NCBI RefSeq assembly: GCF_964204645.1
Contig: NC_134029.1
Span: 744,001-808,000, forward strand
Length of the DNA stretch: 64,000 bases
Source of the DNA: Tubulanus polymorphus
Taxonomy: Eukaryota > Animalia > Nemertea
Direction: 5' to 3'
The notes below the pieces were generated by a model. The model was not told where the DNA came from. It was given only the letters and a program-made list of their open reading frames with translations, and did no database searches. Below are positions 1 to 15,700 of this stretch, piece by piece; within the stretch, counting starts at the first letter, position 1; every line of letters starts with the position of its first letter. The translations under genes were made by a program, and so were the position numbers.

Positions 1-1546
1 GACCACATAACGACCTACAGACTTATTTCCATAATAATTTCTGCAGTCGTTCAGATTAGAATCTCACGTCAAGCGCGCTATACAAGTTGACAGATTTGTC
101 GACATGTGAAAATTAACCGCCATCCATTTTAGTATTGATCACGTCACTTGTTTTCTTGACTCGTTTATAGAAAAGCAGTAATAACAGTTCAAGTAGGGCA
201 GTAATTTTCACAGTAGGAAGTTCCTCATTTGAAGGTGTGACGGTTCACTTTCCTACAGTTTAATTACTAGTTACCGTTGGTCATACAGTTCTTCTCATTG
301 CTAAATCCGTAATAAGCTTTTATTTAAAATATTAAGCCGTCGTCTAGGGGTACAGACAACGATTACATAATTCTGAATACATATTTAGATTTCTAATACA
401 AGATTAATGCGTTCAAGTGTTTGTTTCGGATAGACTTAATTCTAATAAGTTCAAGTGTTTGTTTCGAGTATTCATTCTAATAAATATTTATTTTGTATCT
501 ATTCGTAATAACGAATAAAAGAATGATGATTTTTTTTTCAAATATTTTCATTGATTCTACATTTGTGGTCATATTTCTCTTGCAATACATTTCTATTCAT
601 TACTCGAAGGCAATTATTTAGGAATCATATTCACTTTATTGGCGAAGCCTCCGAGCAGAATGATAAAAATCTATTCATCTGATAAATACGTATTTGAAAA
701 TAATAAATTGAAACGATTAACGATTTGAAATGATAACATCGAAATTCATTGCATCTTCAATATTGAGTTTTCTATATATGTATGAATATAATGAGTGTAG
801 GGCGTCAAACCGGCAAGGTGTCTCTACCATAACACAAGTATCTATTCGATCACGCAGACGCTGCTGCCAGTTTTCTACCCCCTCCGTCGCTTTTTAGATG
901 AAGATCTTTGTTGGTGATCCGTAAATGTCACTCACGACGTGCACAAGTCTCGGCCATTAGAAGATTACATACGTGTTCTCTCGATAAAGAGAAAGGTGTC
1001 GTGAACCGTGTATTAAATGATACTAAAACCTCCTATAGAATCGAGGTGTCACAACCAGGCATTTATGACTTCCTCTTTAGGATTATCTATGACTATTTTA
1101 CGACTCGCGCTCCTATTATCAGCTGTTATTGACATGTGCGTTGTGTTTAAATTACGACTTTAACAGAAAATTGTTTTAATTGTTCGGGGGCAAAATCTTT
1201 TATACAATCGCAATTTGAGTGATTGATGGAACGCTACGAGTCCGTATTGCAAAGACTGAAATCCAGCACAAAAAGAAAATCCAAAATGTTTCCTCGAGCT
1301 AGTGACTTAGTGTAGTTTATTCGAGGTTTCGACTGTATCGTAAATAGTCATATCAAGGAATTACTATTAGGATATAAGAAATATTTCGGACTTTCAGCGG
1401 TCTTAATGTGGGATTTTCATATTACCACCAATTTTCAGATAGCCTTGTCTCAATGTCACCTCTCCTTCAGATCAGTTTGTGTCTGGTCACTTCAATCGAT
1501 ATTCTCTGATCGTTTTTTCATCTGTCCTATCATCTCTATCTAACGA

Positions 1547-1610
1547 CCAATGTCACGTGACCGCACGCGTCTGCCCGTATCACAACGTCACGTGATATCG
1601 CACACGTGAT
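1547..1610. promoter_or_regulatory. Cluster of three CACGTG E-boxes plus CCAAT, about 1 kb upstream of the protocadherin ATG
   Basis: CCAAT at 1547-1551, GTCACGTGAC at 1552-1561, GTCACGTGAT at 1587-1596, CACGTGAT at 1603-1610. Confidence 0.4.
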
Positions 1611-2592
1611 CTGCAACAGACAGATATTCGATGTAAATCTGTCATGAGGAAAATGATAGCAGTTTGTGTCCGATGTGGGGTCTAATTACTCGAAGGAACG
1701 AAAACCGGTCAGACACAAATGATTGTATTCAACCAAGCGGACAAGTTTCCGTCGGGTTTTTCGTAAATACATGCTACACAAATATCAGAACTGTTTGGTT
1801 GTTTTCTCGTTTGGCAGCAATAATACAATTAAGTAATTGATTCATTAATTAAACATTCGTCGTGTAAAGGATTAATTAATTATGTATATGGGTTGTATGT
1901 GTAACTGTGAATATCACACCGATGTTTCTATGTAATACGTTTCATTCATAAGAATCTCGAAGATTCGTGTTAATTTCAATCGTAAGATTCTCTCTCCGAA
2001 TTTTGTGTTATTTTCCACCCGAGTTTTGAGAGAAATTTAACATTAACATCTGATTGAACGACGCGTTAATGAAAGGTTTCTATTGACTTCTGAATCGTCG
2101 ACGAATTAAAGAGGAGGAACCGACCGTGTTTTCTGTGACGGTTAGGTGAAATATCTGTTGCCAATGTAATTTGGAGAATGATTTCTAATTAAAGGTATTG
2201 AATCGTCTCACGTGAAGCCCTGGTTGAGTTTTGCCCTGCAGGTACAATTAAACAGTGGTGGAGACGGATAGAGTTTGGCGTGGCTACCGTTTCAAACAGA
2301 TATAACACGCATTGTAATTTTTGTCTTTACAGATTGCGTCGACTCAACGCACGCCGTCAAAGGCAGGTAGATCGTTTTGACGCGAAGTGGCCGTCAGCCT
2401 ATTGGTCAAACTGGGCGTCAACAGTTGAGTAAGCATTCCGCACCACGCTGTGTGACTAAACTGACCAATCCGATTTCATATCAGACTCAGATCTCACCGA
2501 AAACGGACCGTAACAATTTTTCGGGTGAAAATGTTCTGATTTATAAAACCTATTGAATAATTATTGTGCGCAGAGAAACAAGGAGCGACAAG

Positions 2593-5500
2593 ATGGATAT
2601 AAGATTGGAATTACTAGCCGTATTCTTAGCCTTGATGGTAATAGTTAACGGTAAGGAATTATTGTTCAGACTCGCAGAGGAAACACAACCTGATATCCTA
2701 GTCGGGGATGTTCTATCTGGAAGCGGGCTGAAAAACAAATTCAATTCGACCGTTCAACGATTACTGAAGTTCAGTTTCTTGAATCCTAACGATCCGGGAG
2801 TTGATTATTTCCATATTTCTGAACGGGACGGGATCATATTCACTAAACAGACGATCGATAGGGATACGCTTTGTAGCGTGGTACAGACGTGTTGTCCAGG
2901 TTCAAACGGATGCTACATTAACATCATCGTAGGGGTGAGACCACGTGAATATTTCACTATTGTCAACGTCAGAGTCGACATCCTCGATATAAATGACAAC
3001 AGGCCGCAATTTCCGCAATCGACCACCACAATCCGAATATCCGAATCTTCGCCGGTGAATTCAACGTTTTTGATCCCTACGGCTTTGGACATCGATTCCG
3101 GAAATAACGGTGTACAGAACTATAGACTAGGAACGGCGTCTGGGACTTTCAAATTGAAGATATTCCGCAGCGGACGAGAGATCACGGACGTGGCTCTGGT
3201 GAATATCCGACCGTTGGATCGCGAGCGTACGGCCGCCTACCAGGTTAAAGTAATCGCTACTGACGGAGGTCTTCCCGAACTATCCGGTACTTGTACTGTT
3301 AACATAGTAGTCGCCGATGCTAACGATAATCGCCCTAAATTTAGAAATAAAACCTACACGGTTTACGTGAAGGAAAATGTAGCCGTCAATTCTACTATTA
3401 TACAAGTGCGAGCTGTTGATCCCGATGCCGGACTGAACGGACGGATTCGCTACTCGCTCAGTCACCGGGCCATGGATTGGATCAAAGACACGTTTAAAGT
3501 CGACGAAAATTCCGGTTGGATCAGCATCAAAAAAGCGCTGAATTACGAGGGTACGAAAATGTACACGATTCCTATAGAAGCGAATGATATGGGTCCCGGG
3601 GGAATCCCCACGAGAACTACCGTCACCGTGTACGTCCTCGATGTCAATGACAACAGTCCAACAATTCATGTAAATTTACTGACGTCATCGGGAAAAGCGG
3701 AAGTATCAGAAGCAGCTGAGATCGGTACGTTCGTAGCGCACGTTCTAGTACAGGATACAGATACGGGTAACAACGCACGAGTCTCGTGCGCTATAGATAA
3801 TCCTTACTTTACCCTGATCCGCGCAGACGCCGAACAGGACACACAACAAGAATACAAACTACGAACAGCTACGAAACTGAACCGAGAGACGATTGATGAG
3901 TATGAGGTAACTGTCGTCTGCCAGGACGCCGGACAACCGCCGTTAGAGACGAGAGAACCGTTCCGTGTAGCCGTGCTCGACGCTAACGATAACAGTCCGC
4001 TATTCACACAACAGAAATATACAGTAAAAGTGAAAGAGAACAATTCGAAGGGAGATTTCTTATTGAAAGTTCACGCCGATGATAAAGATGACGGTAAGGC
4101 TGGTAAAGTGACGTATCGTATCGCGTCTGACGGTAACGCTGTAGCGACGACCAATCGTGACGGCGAAATATTCGCTAACAAAGTATTCGATCGCGAAAAA
4201 TACGATCAAATCGTATTTCACGTGTTCGCTACAGACGGTGGACCTCAACCTTTATCGTCATCGGCGAAAGTCGTTCTCAACATACAAGACGAAAATGATT
4301 TCGCTCCGCATTTTACGAAAGTTTTCGTGTTTAACATCAGCGAGAACGCGTTACCGCATACACCAGTCGGGCAGGTGCACGCCATAGACCGCGATCTAGG
4401 ACGCAACGCCGTCATATTCTTCTCGATGTTAAACAGCGCCGCTTCCGATTCCTTCGAAATAACGCGTAAAGGCGTCATCACCACCCGTAAACGTCTCGAC
4501 CGCGAACACAAATCACAATACGTACTGGACGTCGTCGCCACGGACGACGGCGTTAAACCGCTGAAAACTACGACGAAGGTTTACGTAAACGTAAGAGATT
4601 TGAACGATAATTATCCGATTATTCTGTTCCCGAACGAACGCAATAATACGGTGTATATATCATTTCTGGAACCGGTCGGGCATGTAATAACCCGTATCAA
4701 CGCTACAGATAGCGATAAAGGACACAACGCCCGACTGCTGTACTCCATAAAACATCGCAACGATCAAGGCCTGTTCTCGATGGACAATCTTACCGGTGTA
4801 CTGAAAGTAGCCAAACCGATGGCTATCGAAGACGCCGCCGTGCATAAACTGACGATAGAAGTGCGAGACAGCGGAAAACCGCCGAACACGAACATCGAAA
4901 TATTGAACCTAGTGGTCGATGGGACTGGTAAACCTATCAGTATCACCGGTGCCTACATCGAACGACCGCCTAATAATAAGAATCTGATAATAGTTATTTG
5001 CCTGGCGGCCGTGTCTGGTATCCTCGCTATCGTGTTGATTATAGCTATTATTTGTATTCGTCAAAAAGACATCAATAATCACAACTATAACGTGAAAACT
5101 GAAACGCAGCGAATTTTTAATAACAAACGAACGAACAGTCCGAATAACAGCCAGGAAAGCTCGGGAGACGAGGCATCGAAACCTTCCGGACCGAAGAAAG
5201 AGGTCAGCTTCTCGCTGGATAACGACGATATGTCCGATAATAATCAGAGCACGTTTTTATCGCTGAAGAATCAACAGAGTTGGGCATCTTCCATCAACGC
5301 GAAATCATTCGAGGTAAGTGTCTTTCAGAAATAAGTCAATCGGTGTCTATTTATCTGTGAATATTAGGATTCAGTTCCAACAGTTCTTCGTTTAAATGTT
5401 TCGGCTCAGGGATAAAACATTGGGAATGAACTTATTTCAAACCTGGACTATAGCATGTTTCAACTCAAACATATTGGATCCTGATCAACAAGCACAAATA

Positions 5501-8500
5501 CTCTACCCATTCCAGCACTGTATACCCAAGTTCCATTATAATTGTCAGTTTGATTTGACCATGGACGTACAAACTGACAATATTGGAATTTGGTATATAG
5601 GACCCTGGATCCAGTTCCATTGCTGTCCGTTGAATCTAAGTTAATATTAAAGTTTAAAAGGTAAGATTAGTTCATTTTCGATGTTGATACCCTAAAAATC
5701 TTAAAATCTTAGAATCTCAAGTACTGCGGAACTGGATTGATTTGATTCTTATAATGAAATGTTTGCTAGATTAATATTAACGAATGTCTCCTAACACACG
5801 TTTCACTGCACCGCGCTCTTTCTGCCCAACATTGATGTCACATTTTTATGATCCCCGTTTTCAAAACTAAAACATGTTTTAAAATAGATTCGACCACGAC
5901 AACGATCGATGTTCCTTCCCCGAGACAATTAGCGCGAATGTAATAATTTAGCTTCAGGTTATTTCTGATCAATTCTCACAGCTCGGTCAAACATCTAACG
6001 TTTTATGATAGAAACACCTGCGAACCATAAATACAAAATATATGCCACCCTCGAGGGTTAGAACGTGACAAGAAAAACAATTCCCAGGTCATAAACAGAT
6101 TTTCAGTAAATTATTAGAAACCACTATAGATTATGTCAACAAAACATAAAATTGAAAACTAATCCTCGAATAAAGAACTCAGTTTATAACTCGATGTCGA
6201 CTGTGACGAGTATAGTTCACAGTTTGACAGTTAACCCCGAGTGAAGTACTCTTATTTAGTCTACTTCAAATCAATTAACTGAAATTCAACCACTTCAAAT
6301 ATCTATATTTGCGATCTTTGATATTTTAGTTTGTCCAGTGAAACCGCGAGTTTTATACATATAGTATTTAGTAGATCAAATATCCGTTTGTTTCTAAGGG
6401 AAAATTTGCTTTGAATTTTTAAATAAGTTTTGAGACTAAATCTATTTCAACATTTTCTAAGAAACTCCGGCAACATGAAATTTCAAGATGTTGATTTCAG
6501 TGTTTCACTAATATCAGGTATCTTTGACCATGATTAACTCGTAACAGATTTGCTATTTTGATGAATTTGGATTAATTCCAGCCTAATCCAACAACTCGCA
6601 GGCGCTCTTTACACGCATTATACTCGATATAAAAGTATTCGTGGCAATTCAATAGTACTTCACACTTATAATGAATATGTCTCAATCAGGCGGGTATTAT
6701 GTAGTATGTTGACACTGTGTTATTACTATTCGACGTCTTGTCAAGGAGCGAATGAATAATGTTCCTACCATTTGAATACGGGCACTTCAAAATTCACTCT
6801 TTATATTTGTGCCGCAAACAGTGAACGGGTATCGTTATTTAGAGAGATCCGTGGCCTCTCAATACGATTACAAGCTTCCGTAAATATCATAAGACATTGA
6901 TGGGCTTCCTACTGTCCCTCCTCTGCCCGTTGCTGCCCACAGAAGCGTGCTTCAGTTCACATATGTTTCTAATCCCTTTCTACCCATAATTTTCTTTTAT
7001 TCGTCACGAGTTCGCGTGCGTCATGTTCAATACTAGAAACTCTCCAATTTCCACATCTCAAACTGAACGAAATCAATTATTGATTTTATCGTCAAATAAT
7101 TAGTAGCGATTTTCATAGTTAGAAAAAAACCTCGTCACAAATAGAGATTTCTGGAAACAAGATTTCTTTAAAAATCGAAATCAATATGAAATCTATAGGA
7201 AATTATGTCTATAAATGCCACACCTAATAACTAGTATTATCAACTGGTACATTCAGTAGACAAAATTGAAATATTATGTATTAAATTGATCAAAAACCAC
7301 ATCTTCAAATATTATTTTATTGATTTGATATTTCCATCTATTATGCATAAAATTTCAATATTGATTATTTGTATGTTTTTTTATATCTCTCATTTCAATT
7401 GTTGCCTCGCCCTTTGTTCTGTTTCGTTTTTGTAAAAATATGTATAATATGTATAAATATATATTTATTCATTTTACGTTGATATTTTCTGCCCCTCAAA
7501 ATTTCCGGTCCAAACATCGATCGCGATTCAGCGGACTTTAATCATGTTTATTTTGTTGTATTTATTGTGTTGTTTATTTGAATACAGCCAGCTGGGAGGA
7601 CCAAAAATCATCATTGTAAGTTACGCCGTAAAAAAATATATTATACGTGTATTTCGCTTGCTTAAAATTTTACTCGCATGCCAGGGTTTGCAGCTAAGTG
7701 CCGAGTATTGATAATTTGGAGATATTTAAGCAACTACCCGGCACATCGATAGTTACCTGTGGCAAGCGAGTTGGTATCTGTTGTGAACACTCTATCGATG
7801 TACAATTTGCACTTTGCTATTTCAAACACATTTCGTTGTCGTCAATTCTTTTCCTCAAACATATTTTCCTTTAAGTGTTCGTTATTCACGTGTGAAAATC
7901 TTTGAACTACCTTCTTCCTCTCACTCTCCGTGTGAGCAAAGTACAAAATGTACATCTATCCCAACAATCCTTGCTTACCAGGGCCCCTTTCTGTTCTAAT
8001 GTCCTTGTAGATTATGCTTACATAGTATTCGTAGCTTGTAGTGGACCCTGGTAAGCGACGCGTCTCCCTATTATTCTCTGGTTGTAAAGTGATATATCAT
8101 ATAACATTCTGTATGTAGCGTTGTAGTTGGTTTACGGATACACTGGATGAATACTACCACAGTTAAACCGCATTCATCACGTCAATCAGTGAAGATGGAT
8201 CGGTTACAATATCATGATCTAACGCCGCTATTTTGTCGTCGATTTTGTTCGGTTTTTCTCCGAGATTCGATCGATTTTCGCCCGTACTCTGATATCGGTG
8301 GTTACGGAATATGGAGAAGGGATCGTTTAAGTTTATAGAACACGTAACGCATTAATTCATCGTTATTTCTGGCTGACACCTTCTTCGCGATCCCATCCAT
8401 TCATTGTTCAGATTGCGCCTACCGCAGATTTATAGCTGTATGTCGCTTGTTGTGCGAGAATATCTCGTTGAAATATCATTTCACTGAAAAAAAATCCAAT

Positions 8501-9736
8501 TTGTAGAGACTGTGGAAAGTATTCGCAGTGAGTAAATGTAGTTAGCTTTTTGTCACTGGCTGAGATGTTTATATCAAACAGAAAGGGCCGTGGTACGGTT
8601 TCGAAAAACGTCAATCTAGAATTCGCTATTCTGATGTTTTATTTCATTTTGAAGCGGTGTGTTTGATTTTTTTTTTCAATCAGATATCGAAGTGGAGAAA
8701 TATAGTTGGGTAATCGGTGTCAAATTCGCAGAATTTCGGTTCCTGTTTTTCTTGCTGTCTCATGCGGCCACTGATCAGGGTCTCGATACATTGAGATTTG
8801 GAAATAATTATTAAGGTTGAAGATCATATTGATTTATTATCATATTTTCACGTGCGCGCAAATAGTCTGAAAGCTTATTGAAGTTTCTTTCTCCGGTAGA
8901 TGTTGATGTTTAAGTAAACTACCGGTACTACCCTTTGAGGAATCACAATAGAAATATGGTAGCATAGAATGATTTATTATTCTAAATCCTCTCATCAGCT
9001 CAAGGGGAGGTTATAGTGTACCTGTGTCCAGCGCGTCCTTGTCAGCTTTTTTCCTCGTAATAATAGTCACGTATTATCCTAAGGCGCTTATCGCGCAGTT
9101 TGTGCCCATCGTCGTCGTATTTTTGTGTTTGTCATCTTTATGATTTGCTTTGATGTCGTTTTATTTTACGCGTCAGTTTTTTGTGGAAATATCTCGGTGA
9201 TCTCTTACAGTAATTAGTTCCTAAGTTATCCGCAGCACTGATCAAAAAAAGAAAAATATTACAAACCGCTTTGTAGAAGTTCGAGGTCAGAAAGTCGAAC
9301 TTACTCTATATAGCTTTATGCATTCTTCTAACTTTCTAAGCGATAAAAACATCATTGAAATCTTTCTGTGTTATTTTCACGCAGAAAAAAAGATGAATAT
9401 AGATAAAAATGTACTTGTTATTGAACTCACTCGTGTTATTGTGACCAAGAGAACAAAGTTAAAAATACAGTCAGGACGCCTGAAGTTTTGTAACAGCTGT
9501 AAATCAGTATTGTCAGTGATGACGAGTATAGCGTGCCTGGTTGTAGCGTGTTCGATCTAATTCTAGTTTCATTACGCCGCCTGGAATTATCCCCAATAGG
9601 AAATTGGAAGTTATACAAATTTTTTCATTGAGATAAATTCAAATTAAACCGAACCAATTCGCTTCTGGCGGATCATGCGGTATACATGATGTTGAGTCGA
9701 AGTCGATGTTAATTAAAATGCTTCTCTCCCTCTCCC

Positions 9737-9776
<40 letters not shown>

Positions 9777-12700
9777 TTTCTCTCGTGAGGAAGAGATGAT
9801 ATTAATCAGAATTATGTGTGATTAAATGTAAGATTAGATTTTGATCAGTCTATTATCACGAACGCGAGTCGAATGCTCGGCGTTTGTCGCTACTAAGCCC
9901 GATTTTTGTGACGCCTAAAAAACCGTGCTGTTCGTTTTCATGATTCGAATCTATTCTGACATTTTTCGAAATGGAATTTCACTTTCTACCGATATTTTTT
10001 TTTTTTAAAGCCGAAATTCCATCGAGGAAAATGCCGTCTATTTCGACATCATGGACTCAACTTCGATTAAAATCATCAGTAAGGGATTTCTCGTTAAATC
10101 CTATCTCTATCTGAACGCATCTGATCGGATGAAACAGTTTTCCGTAATTTTCTCGTGTCTTATTTTCGCGTGTTCACGACCAATGATAATGATTCATCGC
10201 TGTAAAGGCTTTGTCGATAATAATCTACACAGTGAATGTTCATCTTACTCTCTACTGATTAATCTATTGTTTCTCAACTCGACTAGTTTCAAATCTCATT
10301 CGTTTCTATATCGAAAAAAATCACTTATTTCATGGTGAAGAAAAATGAATTGATGGTTTTTTTTCTCGTAGTTTTGGATTATGCTCAGAAGTTACGATAT
10401 GAAATATGAATCCCTCAAACATTGAGATAAAAATATGAAAATGATAGATTTTGTTCTGTTAACTGAAGTTAAGACTCCAACACGTTCGCTATATAAGAAA
10501 TATCATTTATTTTCAAAACCATGGATTCATTTCCGATATTTTTAACGCTCTTAGAGTACGAATCTAAACTATAGCACCGGCTTCTGTATGTCCCCGGGTG
10601 TTTGCTCAGCCGTGACCTAAGTCCAAATGGGATCTTAAATAGATAAGATTAGATAGATAAGAAATCATATTGTCCACAAAAAGAAATTGCGTTGACAAAA
10701 ATACTGAATACAGGTCTTCAGTTGTTAGAATGTTTAGGTTGGGGTTAGACTAGTCTTAAGCCTCGAATAAGCGACCGTCGCGTAGTATTCTACAACTAGT
10801 ATAGTTAACTACACAATCCAATAAACTACTCTCTTTATTACTACAGGCAATTGCTTCATTAAACTACAATCTAAGCTCGTTAAGGGCTGATTTTATAACT
10901 GTACGTTTTATCCCGGGACTCGAGACAACTCGTGTAGCCGATAATTTAAACCTATTTCCAGTAGCGCGGACTCTGAGTATAGATTGACAAGCAGATGGCA
11001 GGCGCTTTATAAGATTAAGCTAATCTTGAAATTGGCGCAAGATCATGTGGAGAAATTAGCCTCGGAAATGGGCCAATTTATCGGCGCGCTATTGCTTCGG
11101 ACATTACACATCAGCGCAGCAAATTAACCTCGGATTAAATATCGATTACCAAAAAAACATCCGAGACGATGAATCAGAGATGTTTCCAGCTTCCTGAAGC
11201 GGCTGCTTTCGCCATGAGCGAGCTGTTATCCTAGTTTACCCGGGTACCCGAGTGAAAGTTTTATAGTTAATTCAATGATTTCTGAAAAGTAAATACCGCC
11301 CGAAGCTGAATGTACTTCCCGACAAACTAGCAATATTAAATATGATTCTACCAGTTATTTTAAAGTCGGATTCGGAGCAATTTGAATAGAAACTCATATC
11401 GCGCACTGTAAGCCCTGAAGTGACCGCAATCTTTGGTAATTACAATTTTGACGTTTCGTCGCTAAAAACGTAAATTAATCAAAATTTCCGCTGAAAATTA
11501 ATCGCCTCCTTGGGAAATTATACGTCGCAAAAACCACACGTTTTGTCATCGCCGTCGCCTGAGAAAAAAAAAACTAGGGAAATTTTCGCCATTTTCGCCG
11601 ACGGGATTCGCACGAATTTATTATTCCCTTCAGATCGCGTCAAAGACGACATTACGAAAAATTCCTCGCAGCCAAAATTACGGAGAACTAAATGCGATTT
11701 TATTCGAGTCAAAGCTAAAAACGGTCGTCGTGAGTCAACGACGCCGCGTGCGACTCGACTCGCAATGAGAACAGACTTGATTTAGAAATATAACCATCAG
11801 GGGTATTTCAGAACAAGTAAACCAATAAGAAAGTACGAATTAGAAAGACTCGTTAAAACCGAGCAAATGATGGTTTTTATACCGAGCTATAATTTCCCGT
11901 GTCGATTCCACTCAGTCGTCTCGTACACGCGGCTTCGCTTTAAAAATCTGCCGCAATCTTCTCTCGATTAAGTGTTCAATCTGATTTACTTTACGACGAA
12001 AGCGTCTCAGGCAAGTGAATATTGAGTTATCGTATAGCAGCACGATGACGTCACAGAACAGGCACCGCACATGCCGAGAGTAAGATTTAGCAAGTTTTTT
12101 TACAACTAGTGTCTAAAAATAAACAGTATTTCAAAAGATGACTTTTGGTGTAAATTCCGAGGACTGAATTCATGATGGTTTATACTTTAGGAAGGGATGT
12201 TTAACATATTATCTTACGGGTTTTTTGATCAGTCAATTGGCGGCCATCTTGGTCTAATCAACTTTAACATTGCGGGTCTATTTACCGTTTTTGGGAGCAT
12301 CGAATGTAATTTTTTAAACCCTTTTTCCTCAATTTTTGTTATTTCTTATTTCAGTTCACTTAATTTTGTCATCGTTTGATTTAAAGTCGAATCATCTGAA
12401 GATTTTCTTTCTATTTCGACCGCGCATCCTTTCTATAATTTGAAGAAATCTAATAGTATTCTATACTGATCGGTAATGTTTCCTCTTAATTCATCAAATC
12501 TGTTAAAAGTATTTTTCACAGTATGAAAGAAAAGCGAATTGTGAGTCATAAGTTTTCTAACAAACCCTTCCCCTCAACCCTCTCTCTCCCCTCCCCATGC
12601 CCTCCTCCCACTCCCCATGCCCTCTCCTCTCATTCCATATCAAATCTACCTGAATGAACCCGTATCCAATTAGCACACGTGACCGTTACTCACATTAGTA

Positions 12701-15700
12701 TTAATATAATAAAGCTGTAATTATTAGGAATTTTCCGCGGAGGTTGCCGGGTTAATAAATCCCGTATTCGAGCGCATTTGTATTTTCTGCTCCGACAGTA
12801 AGATCAAAGGTAACAGAAATGGCAATTGATTTAGTGTGAATTGCCGTAGAATTTTAATGTAATTCCTGATACAAAGAGTCTACTCGATCTAACCCGCTTG
12901 AATAGACATGTGAGATTATTACTCACACCTCTCGCGCTAAGGAAAAAAATACTGAACTGAACTGAAATCATGAACATTTTTAGGAAAACCTTTATAAAAG
13001 TCGAATCATGAAAATACAAATTACGATTATCACTTATTTTTGATTATAGATTAGAATATAAGAATTTCTTCTTTGATTTTAGCATTTTCAGATTCATATA
13101 ATTTCTTATTTTAGTTTTAGTTCTTCTCCTCGATATAAACGCATATGAAGTGTAAGGTATAATTTGTAAAGGATGATCAGATGGTTTCAGTGTTGTGGTA
13201 AATACCGAGTCGTCATTTATCTAGAACTGTCAGACTCCGTTACGCTATTTGAGCATTTACTACTGGTATAAATTGTCCTGCATCGGCATAAAAAGCGTCG
13301 GTTACGGACGGAATGTACGAGTAATTCCGTCTGTCATTCAAACGACCCACGATCCGTGGTCAGTTTATTATTTACGTGGTATTTCAGTCATCTAAGTCGT
13401 TTATCAGCTGTACACGTCATCAACTAGTCTTCAGCTCACTTCCTTTTAATATACGGTTCTCTGATATAAGAATGACCCGAGTTGATGTCCCTCTAACGCC
13501 GCCGTGGTGCTGCTATAATATACAGCTTCTCGCAGCTAGAGCGTAAAGTTTTGTCGCGGAAATAAAGCTCACTGTGGAATGATCGCCGTGGTTTCAGCCT
13601 GAGTTATTATTTTTCCGCCTGTCAGGACTAATAAATTTCCTATCACGACTTGTGTATCGAATTTGCGACGGTTTTCATCAATTTTGCTTTTCTTACGCCA
13701 CAAATGGAAATTGTTTGCAGTACCAGCGGCGGGCGGCTCCGCTAGTTTCTACTGGTGACGATCACGTTTTAACAGTTAGCGCTGATTGTTCGAGGTTGCA
13801 TGAAATACCGTCCCTTTGTGACACAAAGTGTCACATAGATCATTTTCGATCAGCAGAGAATCCTAATAACCTCTCCATAAATTCTGTAGTTTTCGTGAAT
13901 CATTATTATCCAGTCTCATATATATTATCTTTTAACCGTCGTCACTTGCCCTTACCGCGAATACCAAACGATGTTAAGGGTTACCCCTAGAACACGGGTT
14001 AACTACCAGACTTTATCCAAGCGCCGATTTCTGAAATACCAGCTGATCGTAACTACTCATTCTTTCCGACGACTGTCCTCTACCGGAAATGGACGCAGAT
14101 AGAATGTTGTCAGTAAGATGATGACTGCACCGGTCTCATATCGACATCAAACGACTCCAATATCCGCTAGTATCAGTGAATACCGTCAACGTTATACGAA
14201 CGACTAGAACAATGTTTTACGGGGGAAAAAAGTTACGGCGGCGGCGGAATACTCCAGGCATGGGTGGGGCGAGCTCAGCGAAAACTTTTCATGAATTTGT
14301 CCTTTCAACAACAGCATTTGTTTCTAAAGTTTCATAAACTATATTTATACACGTACATAAGTCAGAAGTTAATTGATTTTATATCAGGCGTAGCTTGTGG
14401 TTGTGTCAGTTTAATATTGATCTATATAGGTTATTTCTAAAACACCGTTTAATACGCGTCTGTTAGCGTGCATCGTGAGAGAATACCAGACTTAATGAAT
14501 TACTTGAAATCACATCGAATCCGTCATTATGGTCAAAACGCAAAAATCCCACAGTCGTAAATTGACTGGAAAGCTTATTGAAACGCGGATGTATAATTCT
14601 AGACTGATGAAGGGTTTTTGTAACCACCCGATTTTCATAAACTTCAATTTACATTTCACTAGGGTTTTACATTTTGACAGACTTAACGATATACAGGAAA
14701 TATTTTTATTACATTGAAAAAAATACGAGAATACCTTTCTCGTCTCTCATGAATATCAAACCTGACAGTCCTGCCCTTAAAAAACATCTCCTGATATTCT
14801 GCCTTTTTAACATTGAAATTGGAAACTAAAATATGATATTAATTACATCATCAAAGCGTATATAATCTGATTTTGTAGATCAGATTTCTGTTCGGCAGTT
14901 TTAAAGAATTGTTTGATGTTGATATTTCTGTTTTATATTCCTTCATATACGACGCATTAATTTGATAATTCTATTTCGTGTTTTACAACGCGATACGCGA
15001 TACTTGCACGACATGTTACCCGGGGGCCTCGCGGTTTACCCCGACTGGTTTCTTTGAACTGTGCGCTTTTTTTCTGCGCGTCATCGAGAATAGATTATCA
15101 GTTATATTCGCCTCAGTCACGGTTGTTTTTATACCTAAGGATAATATCGAGTTATATTTCGAAATAAGGGCGGGGACTCCAGTAGCACAAACACAGGGAT
15201 ATCAGTTCAATGTTTATAAAAAATTCTTCAATCATTTTATCTTTATACGTTAAATCTAGAAAATATTCTTCATCTGTGCACGAATACTAACTTCTACTAA
15301 CTATCTAACTATTTCACTAAAAAAACCTTAGCACCTTAAACTAACTTTATTAATATTTCTACTAAATGTTGACTAATAATAACATTTTAATGTTAGTAAA
15401 TTCTGTAGATGAAAAAAAAATATTTGGAATTCGTCTGAATGAATTGTTTTTTTCTATACAGCAACCTCGCGCCTGCAGTTCTCTGATACAAGCAAATACC
15501 CCGGAAATACGGCCAATATCTGACAATTACCGAACCACGAATACGAACAATTTATCCGCGCTAAAAACTACGAAAAAGTCTGATAACTTGAAGGTCAAAG
15601 GACCAAAGGTACGTCACTAAAATATCAAACTAAATGTGGCTGTGTATGAGGTCCATATTTTAAGCCTTTATGGAGAGACGATATATAATATTTCCGATTT

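Noticed and set aside
3280-4946. Several antisense or alternative-frame ORFs inside the protocadherin exon
   Set aside because: Shadow ORFs of the real coding frame.
13652-14200. Possible additional protocadherin exon in intron 1
   Set aside because: No phase-0 acceptor-donor pair without a stop was found.
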